NCBI GenBank assembly: GCA_002269645.1 | Contig: NIVC01000661.1 | Coordinates: 83,754 to 147,753 of the forward strand | DNA length: 64,000 nt | Direction of reading: 5' to 3' | DNA from: Macrostomum lignano | Lineage: Eukaryota | Shown here: positions 54,600 to 64,000 of the stretch, one piece after another | Layout: each line of letters opens with the position of its first letter | How positions within the stretch are numbered: the first letter of the stretch is position 1 | Translations under genes and position numbers: made by a program | The notes under the pieces: model-generated | What the model was told of the DNA's origin: nothing | Seen by the model: only the letters and a program-made list of their open reading frames with translations | Database searches by the model: none

Positions 54600-55510
54600 G
54601 AGACGAGAAAAGAGGGTGAGAGGGAGACATTGTGAGAGAGATAAAGGGTGAGAGGGAGACGTTATGGGGGGCAGGGAGTGTGAGGGAGACAGTGAGAGGG
54701 AGACAGGTCGAAAGGGTGGAGACAGTGAGAGGGAGACAGGGTGAAAGGGTGGAGACAGTGAGAGGGAGACAGGGTGAAAGGGTGGAGACAGTGAGAGGGA
54801 GACAGGGTGAGAGGGAGACAGTGTGAGGGAGACAGTGTGAAAGGGTGGAGACAGTGAGAGGGAGACAGGGTGAGAGGGAGACAGTGAGAGGGAGACAGTG
54901 AGAGGGAGACAGGGTGAAAGGGTGGAGACAGTGAGAGGGAGACAGTGAGAGGGAGACAGGGTGAAAGGGTGGAGACAGTGAGAGGGAGACAGTGTGAGGG
55001 AGACAGGGTGAGAGGGAGACAGTGAGAGGGAGACAGGGTGAGAGGGAGACAGTGAGAGGAAGACAGTGAGAGGGAGACAGGGTGAGAGGGAGGCAGTGAG
55101 AGGGAGACAGTGAGAGGGAGACTGGGTGAGAGGGAGACAGGGTGAGAGGGAGACAGGGTGAGAGGGAGACAGTGAGAGGGAGACAGGGTGAGAGGGGGAC
55201 AGTGAGAGGGAGACAGTGAGAGGGAGACAGTGAGAGGGAGACAGGGTGAGAGGGAGACAGTGTGAGGGAGACAGGGTGAGAGGGAGACAGGGTGAGAGGG
55301 AGACAGTGAGAGGGAGACAGTGAGAGGGAGACAGGGTGAGAGGGAGACAGTGAGAGGGAGACAGGGTGAGAGGGAGACAGTGAGAGGGGGACAGTGAGAG
55401 GGGACAGTGAGAGGGAGACAGTGAGAGGGAGACAGGGTGAGAGGGAGACAGTGAGAGGGGGACAGTGAGAGGGGACAGTGAGAGGGAGACAGTGAGAGGG
55501 GGACAGTGAA
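54600..55510. repeat. GA-rich 14/16-bp tandem (GAGAGGGAGACAGT / GAGAGGGAGACAGGGT)n
   Basis: Directly visible. Confidence 0.93.
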
Positions 55511-55658
55511 AAGCACACTCTAACTGTAATTAAGGGTCAAGTGAGAGGACTAAGGAACTGGAACCTGACTCTTACCTCGCTAAACTATGAAAAACGCCAC
55601 GCGATGCACAAGCAAATGCCACTTGATCAAAGGCAAAGCACTAAAGAGAGATAAGCAT

Positions 55659-56012
55659 TCAACTTCCAGTAGGTCTGGCAGCTCCGCTCTGCTGTACAGC
55701 TGCAGCAGCCTTAGCCGCGGTGTCCGACTGCTGCTGGGAAATCTGCTGCAGTTTGTTACCGACAACCTCGTGCAGCTCCATGTATTTGGCAACGCAGCGG
55801 TCGATGCAAACAGCCTCAGCTTTGGTTAGTTCCGTGTCATTATAGCTGGGCTGCACGCATTTGGTGTTGCACGACTCCATCACTCTGTTATAGAGATCCT
55901 GCATCATCTCAACTTCCAGCATCTGCTGGCTCACTAGCAGTCGCTCGTCTGGCGAACCGCTGGGCGGCCGCCCCGCCTGCTGCTGAGAGCCGCCACCGAG
56001 ACCGAACCAAGA
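55659..56012 (-). CDS. TIMM10: Mitochondrial import chaperone Tim10 (twin CX3C); one coding exon starting at a splice acceptor; initiator codon not located
   Basis: [57 protein letters not shown] matches the Tim10 family with both CX3C motifs; acceptor TTGCAG ends at 56013; stop at 55659-55661. Confidence 0.93.
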   Translation of the reverse strand, partial: SWFGLGGGSQQQAGRPPSGSPDERLLVSQQMLEVEMMQDLYNRVMESCNTKCVQPSYNDTELTKAEAVCIDRCVAKYMELHEVVGNKLQQISQQQSDTAAKAAAAVQQSGAARPTGS

Positions 56013-56049
56013 CTGCAAGTTGGGCCAAGCTTTGCATTGTTAGTGCAGT

Positions 56050-56945
56050 CACAGGAACTACTGATACTACTGGCTCTACTGATACTACTGGCTCTACTGA
56101 TACTACTGGCCCTACTGATACTACTGGCCCTACTGTTACTACTGGCCCTACTGTTACTACTGGCCCTACTGATACTACTGGCCCTACTGTTACTACTGGC
56201 CCTACTGATACTACTGGCCCTACTGTTACTACTGGCCCTACTGATACTACTGGCCCTACTGATACTACTGGCTCTACTGATACTACTGGCCCTACTAATA
56301 CTACTGGCCCTACTGATACTACTGGCTCTACTGATACTACTGGCCATACATGCGCAACAGTCGGCCGAGTCGGCCAATCCGGCCGACCGATTTGGCGGCC
56401 AACCAAGGAAGTCGCAAAAATGCCCACCCAAAAAACACCCAAGAAGTAGTACTAAGTAGCTGACGAGGCATTTTGGCTTAATAAGACAGTCATAGTTACT
56501 CCTGCCGTTTACCCAAAGTTGCGGTAATTTTGCTTTAGGATTTTTTTACATGTAAGTCGCATTTTGGCTAAAAACTACGTCGCATTTTTGTTAAACTAAG
56601 TCGCACGGCCGACCGAATTTTGGAGATTGCGCATGTATGCTACTGGCCCTACTGATACTACTGGCCCTACTGATACTACTGGCCCTACTGATACTACTGG
56701 CTCTACTGATACTACTGGCCTTACTGATACTACTGGCCCTACTGAATGATACTACTTATACTACTGATACTACTGGCCCTACTGATACTACCAATACTAC
56801 TGATACTACCAATACTACTGATACTACCAATACTACTGATACTACCAATACTACTGACACTACTGATATTACTGCCACTACTTATACTACTGATACTATT
56901 GACACTACTCACACTACCGATCCTACTGACACTACTGATAATACA
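56050..56945. repeat. 18-bp minisatellite (CTACTGATACTACTGGCC)n, interrupted by a MITE and degenerating rightwards
   Basis: Directly visible on both sides of 56345-56639. Confidence 0.92.
56345..56639. mobile_element. 295-bp hAT-like MITE
   Basis: 13-bp perfect TIRs CATACATGCGCAA / TTGCGCATGTATG; 8-bp TSD CTACTGGC at 56337-56344 and 56640-56647. Confidence 0.85.
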
Positions 56946-57047
56946 TCACTCTATTTTTGACAAGGCAAGTGCAATTGCAAATGATTCATAGAGTCACTTA
57001 TAAGATTCCTAATAACTTATTTATCTTTTCCATTTACCATTTAGATA

Positions 57048-57372
57048 CAAGGGGTGTCCCAGAAGTAGTGTCACTTTTGCAAGACAGTTGCAAGTTCGAG
57101 GCTGGCCAGCAGTATGTTTTGCCAACTTACCCAAAGGTGGTGGTTGGCCTTTGATATCTACAGCCAGCCTCAAACTGTTTGATCAACCTGTAAACTGTTT
57201 GTTGACTAATGGAATTGGGACCATGAATGCGGGTCAGGTTTTTGCGAATTTCAGGGCATTTCTGACCAAGACTCCAAAGTGTAAAAATTGCATGTCTCTG
57301 CCCTTTGGTAGAGTGAATGTTAGGGTTCACGACATGAACAAATCTTGCAGCTGCTGTCTTGCAACCCTTCAA
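57048..57372 (-). mobile_element. Internally deleted Tc1/mariner remnant
   Basis: Minus ORF QRHAIFTLWSLGQKCPEIRKNLTRIHGPNSISQQTVYRLIKQFEAG matches the mariner transposase N-terminal HTH; TA followed by CAAGGGGTGTCCCAGAAGTAGTGTCAC at 57046 resembles a mariner TIR; the other TIR was not found. Confidence 0.7.
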
Positions 57373-57537
57373 GATTGGTTGCTATGCTAGCAAGCTCAAG
57401 TCAGTTGTTTCACTTGCTCTAAAGGGCTGGTGTTGTTTACCAAATTTGCTGCTCTGAGGATCAGAGATGGCCTAACAAAGAGCCCAGAGGTTTGAAACTG
57501 GTAGACCATATTCAAAAAAATTTAAACATGCCATGAC

Positions 57538-57579
<42 letters not shown>

Positions 57580-58809
57580 TACTCAGGATTTTTTGACATT
57601 CTACTGGATTGTCTTCACCTACCTTTGGACTATATAGTTTTTTATTCTTTAATATAATGGTACATTGAATTAAGATGAATTGAATTGGCCTGATAATGTC
57701 TATGTTTGACAAAATATGTTGGTTAAAAAGAAACATTTGTATTATGTTTTAGTTGACATTTATTTTCCTACTTTTTTTGACAAGCTACACTTCCGCAGAA
57801 GTTGCAGAACTTTTAGACTATATCAAAATTGCTTTTACTGATTTCAAGACTTATTTTATTGTATCAGCTATCAATTTATTGTGAAAACATTTCATTTTTA
57901 TGTCTTATAATGAAGGAGATCTAAATAAATACATTTGTCTAAAATTGTAACTAAGCCTATGGTTTGATCTATGCTAGATACCACCTTTCTTACACTAGAC
58001 TACACTTGCATTACTAGGGGCCAATCTATGCTAGACATTATCTGCAATAATGGCCATTGGCAACAACAGGGGTCTGTCCCCCTGATATGAATTCTAGCTA
58101 TATGCATATTTTATTCATTTAATTTTGAATGATATATACCACTGTGACTATCTTCCTATAATATATTTATCATAGTATAACTTATAGGTTTAATAAATAT
58201 TAAAATGCAAAGCTCATGGTCACTTTCTATGGCAAAAATTGGTCAATTTGTAAAAAACATACTTAAGAGTATTCCCTGCTCCTTATATACATGTGTCATT
58301 ATTAATTTCAATGCATTGATAACTAGATTATTATCTAAGAAAAAACTATCTATTATAAAATTGAGAAATAAAGAACATAAACAAAAGATGTCAGCTATAT
58401 ATGACCACCTAATAATATGCAAATAATGCTATAATAGCCAAATTGATAGAAATTATCTATATGTGCTTAAATGTATATAGACTAAAAATGCCTTGAGGTT
58501 AAGACATGATATACAATATAAAATTGTATAAACTAACCCTAAATAAACAACTCTTTGAATATTCTAGATATGCACATGAGATTATCTTGTCCTCTTTCTC
58601 TTTTTTACCTTTTGCCAGCGATGAAGAATTGACTCAAATTCTAAGTAAAAAACTCTCACCTATTACTCTTATTGTCTCACCTCTTCTTAAACTAATTATA
58701 TCTTTCTTAGCACTTAACTTTATACTAGCGCTAGCATTCTGGCTAAGAACTGTCAACTAGCTTACTACTATAGGCCCCCAAGCTAGAAGGCAACATTTTG
58801 AATTGATAC

Positions 58810-58945
58810 CTTACCTTCAAACTCTCTAAATCTAAGACAAGGTTGCTAGATAAAGGACTTAGTTTTATCCCAACCTAAGCCCTTGATTTGGATGATCTTA
58901 GGAACTGCATGATAGAATTTTATTATAAATTCTTCTAAAGACTTT
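58810..58945 (+). pseudogene. Decayed Penelope-like ORF N-terminal fragment
   Basis: Translates KLSKSKTRLLDKGLSFIPT*ALDLDDLRNCMIEFYYKFF*RL, similar to the LS..E..LL.KGL.F.PT motif near the start of Penelope ORFs; in-frame stops. Confidence 0.45.
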
Positions 58946-61900
58946 GTCAAGAAGAGGGCAGGGTCTTGCCATTAGTAGCCCACCCTTTTTTATTAGGAAA
59001 TCAGTGAAAGAAGTTCCTCTTAGTCTTAAAAGGGATGAGTGCAACTTGTTTATAATTGAGAACCAAAAACTAATAGGATTTGACAATGGTTTAGGTCAAA
59101 GGCAACATAGAGGCACCAGTGACCAAAGCAATTCAAGGGCTTAAGGTCTATAGAGCAATAGGTCCTAGGCCTATTAATGGAACAATAAGAATAAGCAATA
59201 TATAAACTAAAGTTAGCTAAAGTTTTCTACTCATTAACATACCTTTAAACATTAGCCAAAAATTATTTAGCTCAGCTCTATCTATAGGCCTACTTATGAA
59301 GAGTCTAAATCAACATTAGAAAATTGATATCTAGGGCAATTCCATGAGTGTGATGGTCGTAGCTTGATGACTTTGAACTTTAATTCTGACACAAAAAAAT
59401 ACTTATACTAGAGGTTTTTTGTCTCAAAAGAACAATTCTGTAATGCAGTCTAGGGAAAACAAACATTTCTGCACACAGAAATTTATTTTAAACAAATGGG
59501 ACACAATTTAGTGGGCGTGACGGTCGTAGCCACAGAATTGAGCACAGGTGCAATTGGAAAAAAAGAATATTAAATCCTGAGAATTACAACTGCTTAGGTA
59601 TCTAAATTGATCTGTTTCTGATAAAAAACACTAGCACCTTGAAAAAAAAGAGACAAAGCTAGGCGTAGTACTTTTTTTTAATTAATTTTTATGATTATTT
59701 TTTGTTGTGACAGTCGTAGCATGACGGTCGTAGCCTTCAATTTACCCACTCTAACCAACTCGGAAAAATTGAAAACTGCATGTAACACAAACAAAAAAAG
59801 ACTACTAAAGGTCATAATTCAAATTGTACACCAATGTTACGTATTTCAACAGTAATTATAAGTGACTAAAATCGTTATTATGGGGGTCATCGTTGGAGCT
59901 TCCAATGGAAGGCTGCTGGACAATGACCCCAGTTGGCTATCCCATCAAGCGACCCCTGGCATCCATCTGGTAAATGGCGCTAATCCAATGTTAAAACATG
60001 TGTGCAGTTTAACTATAAAATGAGTTAGAAAAATGCATTTGAATTAGAAAATGGTAAATTGACTACTAGGAAAGTAACTGCTATGAGCAACTGGGGAACA
60101 GCAAAACGCTGACAGCTAAATGAACAGTAGTTGGGTGAACAATCATTAGCCCAGGTGAACAAAGTCAAAGGCATTTAGTCACGCATAGTCAGGGGCAGAT
60201 ACAAACCAATAGTGAACAGTTATTTAATCAGACAGCTGCAGACATATAGCCACCCAGTTGGGATACAAATTATAGTCAAACTCAAAATGGGATGGGGAAC
60301 TCAAAGTGCCCACGATTGTTCTTGGGTGTGGGGGCTGAAGATGCTGCAAAACTGAATATATGATACATTGAAAGTTTAATAATGCCTTTAACTTGATTTC
60401 AATTCGTAAAAGAAGATGATATGAAAGTATACCAGCTGGTATACCATAGTGTCATTAGATACAAAATTCTTGTGATGGTCGTAGCTAACTTTGCAGACTT
60501 TTTTCTATTAGCCCTTAAGACTTATGTGAACTAAACTTTACCAAATAAAAGTACACATGAAAGACTAATTTTTTGTGCATTTTTACAATAGTAGGTCTTA
60601 CAGGAAAGCCAAGAAAAAACTTTTTAGATTTTTTTGTGACAGTCGTGGCTGTACTACAGTTTTTAAACTTTGAAGTCCAATATTCATTGTCCTATGAACT
60701 TTACATTAAAAAGAAAGATTGCAATAAGCTGCAAAAGACACACTTAACGTATAGAAAAATGGCTCAATGAAATACCAAACAGCCAGGGAATGAAATTATA
60801 TTTGTTATAAGAAAAGCATTATATTTAGGTCCGGGTGAAGGGTATGCACATTGGGAGCAAAAAATCAAATGAAAAAAGGCAGCAGATTAAAAAAAAATAA
60901 AAAGGACAAAAATATACATGTTTAACTATATTATAAACATAAAGTTGTCATTATTCAACAATTTTTTAATTTTTGTCCTAGTGGTGACCCATTCATGAAA
61001 TTGCCTTCTAGAAGTTATTTCACAAATCATAGACATAGCAAAAGTGTAGGCCTATAGCATCTTTGTATATACGATTGCTAAAATAGGCCTATTGTAGATT
61101 AAAAGTGAAATTTTTTATTCCTTTACTTATGTTTTGTAGGCCTATACAAAAAACAAAAAAATATGCAACATTTTTATTTGAGGACTAACTACATATACAT
61201 TATATATATTGGACTTGAGTAAGACCAACATAAATTTTTAGTTTTTTTTCAAAAAAATATTTAAGCACTTTGTGGCACTTTTTTATAATTTGAAAATACA
61301 ATACTGATAAATGATAATAAAAGTATTTAAAAGTTATTTTCTTAACAAATTAACAAGTACTGGTATTACTATTAGATTAGAACAAGTGAAGTGCTAGAAC
61401 TTTGAAAATTACTTTTAGTTTTATTGCAATATTGGAACCAAAAGTTTCTTACTCAATATTATTATATTATACTCATATCTAATATAACATAGCATAGACA
61501 TAGGCATATACCAAGTTATTACCATAGCCATAGGCATAACAAGCTGAATATTAAATAATCATTGTTTTTTCTTTTATATTCCTCAATCCTCATAGTCCAC
61601 ATTCAACAAATAACAATATTTGCATTGATAGATAGAATATTGAGTGTCAAAAATGTGATATCGTCCAACGACTCCAACTCCAATCCATAAAGGTAGGCCT
61701 ATCTATGACTATGTTATTGATTTGTCTTAAAAAATGGCTCAATCGATTTTTATAAAACTTGTACTGTCTGATCAGATTTTTTTCTTATTCAAGTTATAAC
61801 CCATTACTAATAATGAGTTGCTAATATATATTTTTTCATGTATATGTGATCAATATGAGAAAAATTATTCCTCTAAATCTGCAGTGACATATGCTAGGCC

Positions 61901-63341
61901 TACGCGGCTAACCAACTAACAAACAACACAATTACCTAATAGAACGTTTTTCTTAGAAAAGCAATGTTTTTCTCTTTTAAACTAGATTACAATAACCTGG
62001 TCCAAACAACCAAGGTTTCAACAATTTATATAACATTATTATCATTCATAATTTTCTATGAAGCGTTTACACAATTTGTAAATTATTGCTGTACTATTTA
62101 GTTTACTTTTTAACTTTACTATTTATAAGTTTATTTAATTATACTTACACTTTTCAGATTCCTTTTTCTACGAAAAAACGAAAAGCCTCCGACAATTATT
62201 ACAGTTGTGCATTCGTTCGCCTGCATTTTCTGTAATAGAATGAATGATAATTAACTTAGTTTTTTATCTTTAATCTGGAAAAACTAGACTGAAAAATTAC
62301 TGTGCGATATCTAGTACGGATTTGCTTTAAATTTATTTAATAAGACGAATTTTCGTGACTAACTGTATGTATTGTATTGTAAGTCGATCTTAGTTAGCCT
62401 ATCCTACTAAACAAATTAAAGTTGTCTACATTGACTTTGACATTAACTCTACATAGAAATGGTTACTCGCAATTCAACGAGCATATTCATTCTTATGAGA
62501 GACAATGCTGTGCGACACAGAAGCTTTTACAGTGACAATGTAAGTTTACTAAATATTAATAATAATATAATTTATTACTCCTTTTTTACATAAATCTTCT
62601 GTCCAGTATATGCGCCATGTCTTTTTTACTGTGACAGTAAAAGACCTTTTTATGTTGCAACAATTAATGAATTAAGGACCTTTTTCCATTGTTATGAAAT
62701 TATAGGCAATCTTCTTGAACATTTGGTAAACTATTTTTTAATGTTTTCGCATTTCTCCACTTTAGAAACTGATTTTGGCATGTTTGGACATCCCCTAAGC
62801 TATTAAAACAGTAAAATTAACAACTTTGTTTTTAAACACTTTTTTTCATCTCTAGACTGAGTGGGGCAAAATTCTGCAAAAAAGAAGTGAAGGGTGCAAA
62901 TTAAACTTATATTTTTACTACAATAGTGACTGAACAGGTTAGCTAAAATAGTATTTGTGGTAAATTAATGGCTGGGATTATCTGTGGGAAAGAGCATGGT
63001 AGACAAAGGGAGTTGCTAACTAAAAAGTACAAGGTTGAATTGCAAAACAAAAAGTACAAATCCAATATACATTGTCTAATGTGGCACTGATTCTTGTTGG
63101 GAGTGTCTGTGGTCCAAAGGGATGAGTTGGTTAGAGGAAGGGGAAGTCTGAGCACCCAGACTTATGTTTTTGCTGCTAATTAATTCTTGCTAAGACCATT
63201 AACCAACCTTTAAGTCTAGCCATAACACCATGCCAGGAGGCCACCTAGTAGCACCATCATTTATTGTTAATCAAACTTGCTATACAATACCATCAAGCTG
63301 ACTGAGAGAAACATGCCATTGGCAGAATTAGCTAAGCTGAC

Positions 63342-63659
63342 ACAGGTGGCCTTGGTATTGATATGGAGGTTGATGAGTCCTACTTCATGCATTGTACGTT
63401 TCATCAGGGTGCCTTCCAACCTGGTCAGTGGGTGCTTGGCATGGTGGAGCGTGGTTCAAAAAAGTGCATGATAGTGGTTGTTCCAGACCACTGGCTGTCA
63501 CCATGCTCCCTATCATTGTGTATTTTATTCTACTAGGGTCACGCATCATAACAGATGGCTAGCAGGCATATAACACTGCCAAACCACCTGACAGTTAACT
63601 TGCATTTTGTTGACCCAAACATACCATACAACCATACAAACCTCATTGAGGGAACTTGG
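63342..63659 (+). pseudogene. Merlin/ISXO2-like DDE transposase remnant
   Basis: GGLGIDMEVDESYF...GQWVLGMVERGSKKCMIVVVPD, RIITDG*QAYN (TGG to TAG), HLTVN.LHFVDP....HTNLIEGTW; frameshifted. Confidence 0.8.
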
Positions 63660-64000
63660 GCCTATGGTTATTAGAATAACTATATGGACATTGAGACATT
63701 TAGCTATAAGCGATAAAAATGAAGAGTATATTTTGAGCAAGATACTTTAGGTTGATATTTAAAGGTGAATGAGTGTACGATATGATTGAGTGCAATATGG
63801 GGTGGGGTGATTAATAAATTTGGGTGAGTGTACGTACAAACAAGATATATATTTTTAGCCTAATTGAGCTTACAATTAATGATTGCAATGGACAAGTACA
63901 ATAAATATTGCAAAACGGTAGCAGCTCTAGAACAGCCCACATGAAGGCCAAATTTTGCTATCAAGTCATTGACAATTATTTAGATATATTAAGAAAAAGT

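Overview
Eukaryotic (animal) genomic DNA: GC-rich exons with GT-AG introns set among minisatellites, microsatellites and decayed transposons. The style resembles the flatworm Macrostomum lignano, but that is an inference, not something the sequence proves. Five protein genes can be reconstructed with frame-consistent splice sites: MUS81 (minus, 10 coding exons, about 883 aa), LENG8/THP3 (plus, 6 exons, about 605 aa, divergent from MUS81), an unnamed single-pass membrane protein with four fibronectin type II-like modules (minus), a noggin (plus, 2 exons) and TIMM10 (minus). A further unresolved, possibly disrupted multi-exon gene may lie at 27.5-39.3 kb. Mobile DNA includes TIR MITEs with target-site duplications (one 9-bp, two 8-bp), a tRNA-derived SINE, a Penelope-like remnant with a minimal hammerhead ribozyme, and mariner and Merlin transposase fragments. 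The most interesting signals are: (1) TIMM10 begins in frame straight after a splice acceptor with no ATG of its own there, as expected if a spliced leader ending in AUG supplies the start codon; (2) the Penelope hammerhead; (3) a MITE, with a 47-bp mini-element nested in its terminal repeat, splitting an open frame; (4) a 3.6-kb higher-order satellite grown out of a dispersed repeat inside a MUS81 intron; (5) the same minisatellite in introns of both divergent genes. Most long ORFs in the supplied track are translation artefacts of tandem repeats.
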